From Escherichia phage EP75, in the sequence record MG748547: 64,000 nucleotides of DNA; one strand, written 5' to 3'. A model generated the notes under the pieces. That model ran no database searches, was not told the origin of the DNA, and was given only the letters and a program-made list of their open reading frames with translations. Below are positions 9,603 to 17,768 of this stretch, in pieces (position 1 is the first letter of the stretch; each line of letters opens with the position of its first letter). The translations under genes and the position numbers were made by a program.

Positions 9603-9626
9603 TATAAACCGTTATTCATTAAACAA

Positions 9627-9652
9627 CAGAGGCTATAATGGCCTCTGTTTTT
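9627..9652 (+). terminator. intrinsic terminator
   Basis: CAGAGGC-TATAATG-GCCTCTG hairpin followed by TTTTT. Confidence 0.6.
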
Positions 9653-9671
9653 GTATTCTAGAGAGGATACC

Positions 9672-10898
9672 ATGAAAGATAAACCGTGTGACATTCCTTA
9701 TTGCGGTGTTCGAGAAGCCAAAATTAAATCTGCACATCCCATGTTAAGTCCATTTCATAAACAACTCGCATACGAATGGATGAGTGAGCGCTATAAGATC
9801 CACGTGAGAAAGGACGTACAGCGTCTTCCTGCTCCTTGGACGGATAATCCCATACTACGGCAGGTCAAGTTCTGCAACGTCCGGAGAGAGCACGACAGGC
9901 AGTCTCTTAACCTGATCAACAATATCGTCAAGAACGACGCTCTGAGCATGGCTGACAAGATGTTCAATTGTGTTCTGTTTCGCATGTTCAATCTCTGGGA
10001 CCCGATCAAGGTGGCGCTCGAGGGTGCTATGACGATTTCAGACTTCGCTAAAATCAACCTCGACGAGACCCGCGCCCGTCTTCAGAAGTTTGAATCAGAA
10101 GGTGGTAAGATATTCACCAATGCATTCAACACAGGTGGTCTAAAACAATGCCTGGCGTTCCCTGAACTTGTTGTCAACCACAAGGAGCAGCGCTTTGGTG
10201 GTATGATGGTTAAGGTACACCGTGTTGGTCAGGGTATCGTTGATGAATTGGATTACAAGGTCGCCAAGAAGCTGGTTGAAGAGAATCCTGGGGAGTACAC
10301 GATCGAGGGCTGGGAGCCGTACATGCCGATGCGTGTTATCCGTTCCCTGAAGGCATTTGTCAACAAGTATCCTGATTACTTCAATGATCTTTTACGTCTT
10401 GACTCTCCGATGAAAGTCTACCAGCGCATGTATGAAGACATTGAAGGGCTTGGACCATTCCTGGCTTATCAGATCTGGGTAGACTTCACGTACATCCCTG
10501 AATATCCATTCAGCGAGAACCATTTCACTATCGCTGGCCCAGGTTGTCGCGCGGGTATTGACCTGATGTTCCTGGATAAGGACGGCATGACTCATGAAGA
10601 ATGCATCTTCTGGGTTCGAGATCACCAGTATCAATTGTTTGCCCAGTATGGTTATGTCCAAGAGCAGTTCTGGTCAGCCGAAGCACCGGAAGATCAGTGC
10701 ATGAATGTCATGCAGCTGGAGAATATGTTCTGTGAATTGAGCAAGTACACCCGCTGTGTGCAGGCTGTTGAGAGAGGGGAAAAGCCCCGTGGCAAGGTCG
10801 GTTACGATGGAGGCGGGGAATACAAAAAGCGGTGCGATGAAGTTGTCCTCAATCGCGGATCGGTCAATTTGTTAGATCGTTTGAAGAAACCTGAATAA
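9672..10898 (+). CDS. hypothetical protein (408 aa), no family recognised
   Basis: ATG at 9672 with GAGAGGA SD; conserved-looking stretches FCNVRREHDRQS and GPGCRAGID; C-terminal Cys cluster. Confidence 0.5.
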   Translation: MKDKPCDIPYCGVREAKIKSAHPMLSPFHKQLAYEWMSERYKIHVRKDVQRLPAPWTDNPILRQVKFCNVRREHDRQSLNLINNIVKNDALSMADKMFNCVLFRMFNLWDPIKVALEGAMTISDFAKINLDETRARLQKFESEGGKIFTNAFNTGGLKQCLAFPELVVNHKEQRFGGMMVKVHRVGQGIVDELDYKVAKKLVEENPGEYTIEGWEPYMPMRVIRSLKAFVNKYPDYFNDLLRLDSPMKVYQRMYEDIEGLGPFLAYQIWVDFTYIPEYPFSENHFTIAGPGCRAGIDLMFLDKDGMTHEECIFWVRDHQYQLFAQYGYVQEQFWSAEAPEDQCMNVMQLENMFCELSKYTRCVQAVERGEKPRGKVGYDGGGEYKKRCDEVVLNRGSVNLLDRLKKPE

Positions 10899-11010
10899 AG
10901 AATCGCTTTACTTCATTCTTCAATAACCCCCTTTCAACGTATATTGACCTCACTTTAACGACGCGCCCATTTAGGGCGCTCAATTTGAACTGAAACAGGA
11001 AGACTACACC

Positions 11011-13032
11011 ATGGCAGAATTTAAACCTTTCGCAACGGCTGTTAATGATAACGTGCTGGCGATGTCCGCAACTGGTCTGTTCATGACCAACGTTGATAAA
11101 GATGCTCTGTGGGATTTGTATTTGGCATCCTTCCCAGCTGGTACCAACCCGATGTACCGCGAACGCACTGAACACGACTGCACCTGCTGTAAACAATTCA
11201 TCCGTAATATCGGCGGCGTTGTGACTATCGATGCTGACCTGAACGTTATCTCGATTTGGGACAACATTGAGTTGGGTAACGAATACGACGTGGTCGCTGC
11301 GGCGCTGTCGACCTTCGTTAAACAACACGCAATCGTCGACGTGTATTTTAACGATTCTGCTAAAGTCGGCCTGTCTCATAACCACGAATCTGGTGTAGAC
11401 GGTAAAATCCGCACGTATAACCATTTCCATACCGAACTGCTCGGCAGCTATGTCCTGCGTTCTGATGCTATCGCATCTAAAAAAGGTGAAATCCGTCAGG
11501 CTATCGAATTATTTGAACGCGGTCTGCGTGAAATTACTCTGGAATCAGCAGAAATCGTTCTGGAATTGATTGATCAGAATTCTTTGTATCGCGGTGCTGA
11601 ACATAAAGCTGCGGTGATGGGCTTCGTAGTAGCCAAGACGGCATATGAAGAAATCCCAGAATCTAACCGTTCTCTGTGGGCATGGCGCACTGGTTATCGT
11701 TCAAACAATCATGTTCCACATGGCATTCGCAACACCGTTATCGGTACTCTGTTGACTGATATCAGTGAAGGCGTGGAACTGGAAAAGGCCGTTAAGTCGT
11801 TTGAAACCAAAGTTGCCCCAGCGAACTACAAACGCCCGACGGCTCTGGTCTCCAAGTCCATGATCGAAAACGCTCAGAAAGAAGTGATTGCTCTCGGTCT
11901 GGAAGATTCGCTGGCGCGTCGTTATGCAGTTTATGACGACCTGACGATCAATAACGTTCTGTTTGCAGACCTGGCTGCTCAAAAAGCGATGGATCCATTC
12001 GCTCAACTGGCCGCCGAAGTGAAAACGCCGACCAAGTCGCTGGATAAAGTTGAAGAGATCGGCATTGACGACTTCCTGAGCAATATCCTGCCGAAAGCGC
12101 ATTCAATGGAAGTGCTGGTTGAAAACTCGCATACAGGAAACCTGATGTCTCTGGTCGCTCCGGCTATCGCAGGTGCTCCTAACCTTTTCAAATGGGGCAA
12201 CGGTTTCTCATGGTCATACAACGGCGAAGTGACCGACTCCATCAAAGAGCGTGTGAAAGCGGCTGGTGGTAAAGTCGACGGGTTCCTCCGTGTGTCTTTG
12301 GCTTGGCACAACAACGATGACCTCGACCTGCATATGTTCTTTAACAATATGGAACATGTGTACTTCCGCGATCGTCGTTCAATGACTGGTGCTCATCTCG
12401 ATATCGACATGAACGGTATGGACGGCATCGACCCGAACCGCTCTCCGGTAGAAAACATCATCTTCACTGATGAAAGAAAGTTGCGTGACGGTGAATATCG
12501 TTTTGAGATTCACAACTACAACCAACGTGAAAAGATCGACGAAGGGTTTGAAATTGAAGTTGAATACAAAGGCACTACGCAACGTTTCAGCCACAATGGG
12601 TTAAAAGACCAGGGGCGCATCACTGCCGTCGTTCTGACTGTTAAAGACAAACAAGTCGTTAGCATCAAGTCCGAGCTGGCGAATGTTGATAAATCCAAAG
12701 AAATTTGGGGCATTAAGACAGCGACCTTCCAGAAGGTACAACTGGTCCTGAACTCACCGAACCATTGGGATGGTGAACAAACTGGCAACAAGCACGTCTT
12801 CTTCATCCTGGAAGGTTGTGCAAATCCTGAAGGTACTCGTGGTTTCTACAACGAATATCTGAAGCCGGAACTGGATAAACATCGTAAGGTTTTTGAAATG
12901 CTGGGTAGTAAAATGAAAGTACAGCCCAACGAAAACCAACTGTCTGGTCTGGGGTTCTCAACGACGCAACGCAATCATGTGTTCATCAAAGTGTCCGGTG
13001 CGTTTAACCGTACTGTAAAAGTCATTTTCTAA
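11011..13032 (+). CDS. large hypothetical protein (673 aa)
   Basis: AGGAAG SD; no Walker A and no polymerase motifs; AAGGKVDGF...NDDLDLH stretch loosely resembles G[GS]...DxD nucleotidyltransferase or KxDG ligase motifs. Confidence 0.55.
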   Translation: MAEFKPFATAVNDNVLAMSATGLFMTNVDKDALWDLYLASFPAGTNPMYRERTEHDCTCCKQFIRNIGGVVTIDADLNVISIWDNIELGNEYDVVAAALSTFVKQHAIVDVYFNDSAKVGLSHNHESGVDGKIRTYNHFHTELLGSYVLRSDAIASKKGEIRQAIELFERGLREITLESAEIVLELIDQNSLYRGAEHKAAVMGFVVAKTAYEEIPESNRSLWAWRTGYRSNNHVPHGIRNTVIGTLLTDISEGVELEKAVKSFETKVAPANYKRPTALVSKSMIENAQKEVIALGLEDSLARRYAVYDDLTINNVLFADLAAQKAMDPFAQLAAEVKTPTKSLDKVEEIGIDDFLSNILPKAHSMEVLVENSHTGNLMSLVAPAIAGAPNLFKWGNGFSWSYNGEVTDSIKERVKAAGGKVDGFLRVSLAWHNNDDLDLHMFFNNMEHVYFRDRRSMTGAHLDIDMNGMDGIDPNRSPVENIIFTDERKLRDGEYRFEIHNYNQREKIDEGFEIEVEYKGTTQRFSHNGLKDQGRITAVVLTVKDKQVVSIKSELANVDKSKEIWGIKTATFQKVQLVLNSPNHWDGEQTGNKHVFFILEGCANPEGTRGFYNEYLKPELDKHRKVFEMLGSKMKVQPNENQLSGLGFSTTQRNHVFIKVSGAFNRTVKVIF

Positions 13033-13069
13033 TTGATTTGACAACAACTTCGTAATAAGGAACAAAGAA

Positions 13070-13441
13070 ATGTTTGATCAAGCAACCCGTTTAAAACTGC
13101 GTTTTAACTCTAACAAAGGTCTGCTGTCTGTTGAGCAGGTTTGGGATCTGAATCTGAACGCATTGAATGAGATGGCGAAAGATCTCAGCCGTCAGGTGAA
13201 GGAAGCCGCCAGCGATGAAGAAGATTTCATCGGCGTGAAAAGCGCAGTCGACTCTCAGTTACAACTGCGTTTCGATATCGTGAAAGCGATCATCGGTGTT
13301 AAACTGAAAGAACGTGACGAAAGCGCAACCGCCGCCGAACGTAAAGCGAATAACCAGGCGATCATGGAACTGATCCAGCGTAAGAAACAGCAGGAACTGG
13401 AAGGTCTCTCTGTTGAAGAACTGGAAAAACTCCTGAAATAA
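13070..13441 (+). CDS. hypothetical coiled-coil protein
   Basis: 123 aa, charged helical composition, SD AAGGAA. Confidence 0.45.
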   Translation: MFDQATRLKLRFNSNKGLLSVEQVWDLNLNALNEMAKDLSRQVKEAASDEEDFIGVKSAVDSQLQLRFDIVKAIIGVKLKERDESATAAERKANNQAIMELIQRKKQQELEGLSVEELEKLLK

Positions 13442-13464
13442 TCTGTCGGCTCCGGCCTGAGCAA

Positions 13465-13489
13465 CCCCGCCGTGTGCGGGGTTTCTTTT
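13465..13489 (+). terminator. intrinsic terminator
   Basis: CCCCGC-CGTGT-GCGGGG hairpin followed by TTTCTTTT. Confidence 0.6.
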
Positions 13490-13500
13490 AGGTAAAGAAT

Positions 13501-13875
13501 ATGAAACCTGTCGTCTGTGATTACTGCGGTCAACCTGCTCAATACGTCGGGGGCGATGCTGTATACCCCCACCGCCCAGACCTCCGCAATCTGAAGTTCT
13601 GGGTATGCACTCCATGTGACGCTCGTGTGGGTTGCCATACCCATGGGGATGGAAAGACCCCTCTGGGAAGGATGGCGAATGCCGCTCTCCGTGCTGCTAA
13701 GCAGGAAGCTCATAGGTCGTTTGACCCTATCTGGAAAAGTGGGCAGAGGAGCAGGAGTGATGCTTACAGCTGGCTGGCTCATAATCTGGGGATCAAGAAG
13801 CGCGATTGCCATATCGGCTTGTTCGATATCGTCATGTGCCGTAAAGTAGTGGAGGTCTGTAAACAAATATCATAG
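13501..13875 (+). CDS. Cys-rich zinc-finger protein
   Basis: 124 aa; CDYCG ... CTPCD ... CH motifs typical of small phage zinc-ribbon proteins. Confidence 0.45.
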   Translation: MKPVVCDYCGQPAQYVGGDAVYPHRPDLRNLKFWVCTPCDARVGCHTHGDGKTPLGRMANAALRAAKQEAHRSFDPIWKSGQRSRSDAYSWLAHNLGIKKRDCHIGLFDIVMCRKVVEVCKQIS

Positions 13876-13883
13876 GATAACAC

Positions 13884-14756
13884 ATGACAACTCGTACTGG
13901 CATCAAACTCACTCCTGAAGTCCTGAAGTCACATATCGCTGAGGTGATTTACGAAGACCGCGAAGTCGGCGGTCACCGGGCTATCACTTGTCATTTCAAG
14001 ATGGATAACGGCTTCGTCGTTCACGGCACCAAGCCCAGCACATCCATAGACCCGGCCAACTTCGATGAAGCCCTGGGCAAAGAGATTTCCTACAATAACA
14101 CCTTCGACCAGCTGTGGCAGCTGGAGGCGTACCGGGCGCTTGTTGAACAAGATCTGTTGGCCAAAGCCACGGAAACGGCAGAGATCCGGATCGATCAATA
14201 CGCTGTTGAACGTAGCGCCCTCTGTCCGGCCTATCACCTCGGCTTCAATGTGATGATTCAGGACGTGATGTTCAGAGCGGAAAATGGCGAGCGCTTCTTG
14301 GCGTCTTTCGTTTGTGGGCCGGATGACATGGAACTTGTTGTTGACTCTCACAACGCCAAATCTCGTAAGGCTGTTAGTGATTTCCTGTGCGCCAACTCCA
14401 AACTCGATCTCACTTATTCGCCATTGGTTCTGCGCATCGCCAAGATTTGTCATGAAGCCAACCGCGCATACTGCAAGTCTGTTGGTGACGACTCTCAACT
14501 GCCTTGGGAACAATCTCCGGCCTGGCAGCGTGAGAGCGCTTGCAAAGGTGTTATCTTCCATCTCACTGGTGATCGTAAGCCCAGCGAATCGCATGAGAGC
14601 TGGATGGCGGAGAAGGAGGCTGAGGGATGGGTGTATGGCCCAGTCAAAGACCCTCAGACCAAGCAACACCCTTGCATGGTTCCGTATGGAGAACTCCCGG
14701 TACAACAACGCTCCAAAGATTATATTTTCAAATCCATTGTAGACTCCTTTAAATAA
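13884..14756 (+). CDS. Gp49-like N-terminal domain fused to RyR domain protein
   Basis: N-terminus ITCHFKMDNGFVVHG...NFDEALGKEI...WQLEAY matches phage Gp49/Sf6 gene-66 family pattern; C-terminus WMAEKEAEGWVYGPVKDPQTKQHPCMVPYGELP matches RyR domain signature. Confidence 0.55.
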   Translation: MTTRTGIKLTPEVLKSHIAEVIYEDREVGGHRAITCHFKMDNGFVVHGTKPSTSIDPANFDEALGKEISYNNTFDQLWQLEAYRALVEQDLLAKATETAEIRIDQYAVERSALCPAYHLGFNVMIQDVMFRAENGERFLASFVCGPDDMELVVDSHNAKSRKAVSDFLCANSKLDLTYSPLVLRIAKICHEANRAYCKSVGDDSQLPWEQSPAWQRESACKGVIFHLTGDRKPSESHESWMAEKEAEGWVYGPVKDPQTKQHPCMVPYGELPVQQRSKDYIFKSIVDSFK

Positions 14757-14789
14757 GCTCTGAATAATATTTCAACCTGTCAATAATAT

Positions 14790-14826
14790 AATGCCCGGTT
14801 ATATTCAATCGGGCATTTTATTATAT
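14790..14826 (+). terminator. intrinsic terminator
   Basis: AATGCCCG...CGGGCATT hairpin followed by TTTATTATATT. Confidence 0.5.
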
Positions 14827-14905
14827 TAATTGGCATCAATACCGCCTGTCGTAATATAATAGTCCCATGTTGAAATAGTTGGGAAATATAACTCACGAGA
14901 GCCTG

Positions 14906-15082
14906 ATGACCGACAACAAATTAAAACGCGCCGGACTTGATTGTCTTGACAATTCATTCCGTCCCAGTGATGTTCTGGTCGCCCAAATGGAAAACAACCG
15001 GGATTTCATTGAAACTATGCTGGAGAACGCCGACGCGAACTCCAAACACTCCAAAGCCCAAAAAGGTCAAAACGATGATTGA
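14906..15082 (+). CDS. small hypothetical protein (58 aa)
   Basis: ATG at 14906; stop overlaps the vWA gene start (ATGATTGA), suggesting translational coupling. Confidence 0.3.
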   Translation: MTDNKLKRAGLDCLDNSFRPSDVLVAQMENNRDFIETMLENADANSKHSKAQKGQNDD

Positions 15083-17291
15083 ATCATTAACATTTAAGAA
15101 TGCGGTTGCGACTGTCGCGCCGTCTAACCATGTAATCGTTGTGGATATCTCCGGTTCCATGTATCGTTCACTTCCAGAAGTTCGTAAGCATCTGAAGGAG
15201 AACCTGCCTTCCCTGGTGAAACCGGAAGATACTGTGAGCATCCTTTACTTTTCATCTCGCGGTGATTTCGGAACGGTATTTGCCGGACGTCAGATTAACA
15301 GTGCAACTGATCTCACTGAGATCAATAATCTAATTGACCGCTTCCTGCAACCGTCGGGATGTACGGGATTTGTAGAACCTCTGAAATTGGCTGCTGAAAC
15401 CGCGTTGAGTCTGAACAAACCTGGTTATGTCAATAACCTGGCGTTCATGACCGACGGTTATGACAACTGCTGGCGCTCTAATGAAATTCTGGCAGCAGCT
15501 GAAGTACTGCCCAAAGCGTTTGATAACATTACCTTCATCGAATACGGTTGGTATTGTAATCGCGAACTGCTGGCTCTGATGTCCGAGCGTTCTGGCGCGA
15601 CCCACGTGTTTGCCGAAGGTCAGACTGAATATCAGACCGAACTGGAAAACGTACTGAAATCATCTACGCCGAAAGTGGTTGTTGATGTTCCCCTGGTTTA
15701 CACTCATGCCATCTACGTTGAAAACGGCGTGGCAACTGTGCTAGCCATACAGCCAGATGAAGAACACCCGATTGGCCACGTGAGCATTCCTGAAAGCGTT
15801 TCTCAGCTGTGGGTTGTAAACCCCAACATGATCGACCAGCTGGACAATCTGGCCGACATCCAGGCGGCATACGTGCTGGCATTTTATGGCGTGTATACCA
15901 TGGATGCCGATCTGGTTTGGGCTGCGCTGAAGAAGACAGGCGACGTCCGCTTCATCAAACAATACAGCAACTGTTTCACCAAGCAGGACTATTCCAACAT
16001 CAAAGTCGACCTGACCCAGGCTATCGTGGATGAAACTCTGCGCGGCGTAGATGGTATCGATTACAACATGGTTCCAGCTGAAGATGCGACGACCATTGTT
16101 GATGTCTTGACCTATCTGGCCGAAGCCGACGTCTCTGTTGTCACTAAGCATCCGTTGTTCTCTTACAACAGCATCGGTCGCGGAACTGTGCAGAAAGTTG
16201 ATGACACAGAAGACAAGCTGGCTGAACAAATCGCCGAAGCCAAAACCAAAGCAGAGCGTAAAGCGCTGGCTCTTAAACTGGCCGAGCACGAAGATTGGAC
16301 GCCGGAATTTACTCCGGTTGACGACAAAGGGATTGTCCCAATTAGCAATCTGGTCTACAATTCAGAGCGCCCTAACATCAGCATTCAGACCGTTCAGCAC
16401 GGGACGGTTGTTGTGCCGGAGTTCGTACAGAAGAAATATGAACTTCCTGAAGAACTGGGAACCTGGCGTTATCGTAATTACACCATCGTCAAAGATGGCA
16501 TCATCAACCTGAAGACGATGCCGATTACTGCTGAATCTCCGATTGTCCGAGCTAAGGTTGTCCAAGATTTGACCGCCATGGGCGTTAATGTGTTTGGTGG
16601 TCCGGAAATCTTTATCGTTAATTTAGAAAGCGTTCCAATGGTCAACCGCGCCATGACCAAGAATATCAGTGCTGCCGAATTCTTCGCCGACAACGTTCGT
16701 CGCGAAGCGCTGAAGGCAAAACAGAAAGTTCTGAAATTCTATCGTGATGAACTGGTTGGCAAAGGTAATGCAACAGGCCTGGCGTCTAAATATGGTAAAG
16801 AAGCCGCCGATTTCTTGTCAGCAAATGGCATTCGTGACTACGGGTTCTCACCGAAAACTACTTCTGTGGAATCAACCGACGTCTACATGAGTCGTGAACT
16901 GAACGTGAAAATCAAAGGTGCTTCGTCGCTGCCGAGTATTGCGTCTGTTGTTAAAAAGCAAGCAGACGGTAAAAAACTGAATGTCGCTGATCAGTTGATT
17001 GCTAATGCTCTGGCCGAATACAACGCTTTTGTTAAATCTCCAATGATCACCAGCGTACCTGAAGAGACTCAGAAAAAGCTGATTGAAAGTTGGATTGGCG
17101 ACGCAGCAAAAGCAGCCATCAACGAAGTCCGCGCCCTGAACAAAACGCTGTCTAAAGTAGTTTACGGCATCGTCGCTGGTCATGGTTGGTTCACTGATTT
17201 GGATCTGGAAGAGTCTACGATGGATGTAGAAGTTGATGGGGTGAAATACACCGTCACTGCCGAACTGGCCGAAAAAGAAATCAAGATCTAA
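15075..17291 (+). CDS. von Willebrand factor type A (vWA) domain protein, 739 aa
   Basis: ATG at 15075 (MIESLTF); complete MIDAS motif VVDISGSM plus downstream MTDGYDN; long C-terminal region of unknown function. Confidence 0.7.
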   Translation: MIESLTFKNAVATVAPSNHVIVVDISGSMYRSLPEVRKHLKENLPSLVKPEDTVSILYFSSRGDFGTVFAGRQINSATDLTEINNLIDRFLQPSGCTGFVEPLKLAAETALSLNKPGYVNNLAFMTDGYDNCWRSNEILAAAEVLPKAFDNITFIEYGWYCNRELLALMSERSGATHVFAEGQTEYQTELENVLKSSTPKVVVDVPLVYTHAIYVENGVATVLAIQPDEEHPIGHVSIPESVSQLWVVNPNMIDQLDNLADIQAAYVLAFYGVYTMDADLVWAALKKTGDVRFIKQYSNCFTKQDYSNIKVDLTQAIVDETLRGVDGIDYNMVPAEDATTIVDVLTYLAEADVSVVTKHPLFSYNSIGRGTVQKVDDTEDKLAEQIAEAKTKAERKALALKLAEHEDWTPEFTPVDDKGIVPISNLVYNSERPNISIQTVQHGTVVVPEFVQKKYELPEELGTWRYRNYTIVKDGIINLKTMPITAESPIVRAKVVQDLTAMGVNVFGGPEIFIVNLESVPMVNRAMTKNISAAEFFADNVRREALKAKQKVLKFYRDELVGKGNATGLASKYGKEAADFLSANGIRDYGFSPKTTSVESTDVYMSRELNVKIKGASSLPSIASVVKKQADGKKLNVADQLIANALAEYNAFVKSPMITSVPEETQKKLIESWIGDAAKAAINEVRALNKTLSKVVYGIVAGHGWFTDLDLEESTMDVEVDGVKYTVTAELAEKEIKI

Positions 17292-17299
17292 ATCTAATT

Positions 17300-17323
17300 G
17301 GCGGGGCCAACCCGCCTTACTTT
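17300..17323 (+). terminator. intrinsic terminator
   Basis: GGCGGG-GCCAA-CCCGCC hairpin followed by TTACTTT. Confidence 0.5.
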
Positions 17324-17329
17324 CAGGAA

Positions 17330-17647
17330 ATGAATATGAGCAACAAACCGACTTATGTTGATGTAATGCGCGTTTTGGCCCAATACGCGTGTGACAATCT
17401 AAACATGGAAACTTGGCGCGACGGCGACCATAAAGAAAAGTTCGATAATATCGACGACAACATTGATGCGTTGGCTCCTCTTCGGGCCAAGAGCGATCTC
17501 GGTGGTGATGATCTTGACATGATTGAACTCATCATGGAAGTTGAAGAACAATATGATGTTGAAATCAGCGATGAATGGGTAGGCAAACATGGTGATGACC
17601 CCACGCTCGGCGCATTGGCTGAATTGGTAGTTGCCCTCAGCAAGTAA
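17330..17647 (+). CDS. acyl-carrier-protein-like protein with Asp in place of the phosphopantetheine serine
   Basis: DLGGDDLDMIELIMEVEEQYDVEISDE aligns with ACP core [27 protein letters not shown] but has DDL where ACP has DSL; alternative ATG at 17336. Confidence 0.55.
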   Translation: MNMSNKPTYVDVMRVLAQYACDNLNMETWRDGDHKEKFDNIDDNIDALAPLRAKSDLGGDDLDMIELIMEVEEQYDVEISDEWVGKHGDDPTLGALAELVVALSK

Positions 17648-17654
17648 CCAAAAG

Positions 17655-17690
17655 AATCCCCAATAAAATATTGGGGATTTTTACTTTTAG
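17655..17690 (+). terminator. intrinsic terminator
   Basis: AATCCCCAATA-AAA-TATTGGGGATT hairpin followed by TTTTACTTTT. Confidence 0.6.
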
Positions 17691-17692
17691 GG

Positions 17693-17722
17693 GTTTACTT
17701 CCTCTAAAGAATGTCCTATTAT
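17693..17722 (+). promoter_or_regulatory. T4-type early (sigma70-like) promoter
   Basis: -35 GTTTAC (17693..17698), 18-nt spacer, -10 TATTAT (17717..17722); directly downstream of a terminator. Confidence 0.5.
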
Positions 17723-17768
17723 TCAATAACTGGCTAACGTGGGGTTGGCTAGAAAAAGGAGATACAAA

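Noticed and set aside
9048-11430. Antisense ORFs 9048..9584 (-) and 10864..11430 (-)
   Set aside because: Overlap + strand genes with clear SDs; 10864..11430 also runs through the promoter/terminator spacer; no start context.
11011-13032. Possibility that the 673-aa protein is the missing DNA polymerase (gp43) or tail sheath
   Set aside because: No exonuclease or polymerase motifs (DxxSLYPS, YGDTDS) and no resemblance to sheath proteins on inspection; kept as unknown.
13929-14708. 259-aa ORF on - strand, and similar ones at 13255..13866 and 13259..13615
   Set aside because: Antisense to the Gp49/RyR and Zn-finger genes that carry recognisable domains and proper SDs; GC-rich coding regions often give long antisense ORFs.
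15741-16289. 182-aa ORF on - strand inside the vWA gene, and 30713..31240 inside gene 46
   Set aside because: Antisense to large genes with diagnostic motifs (MIDAS; Rad50 Walker A); considered spurious.
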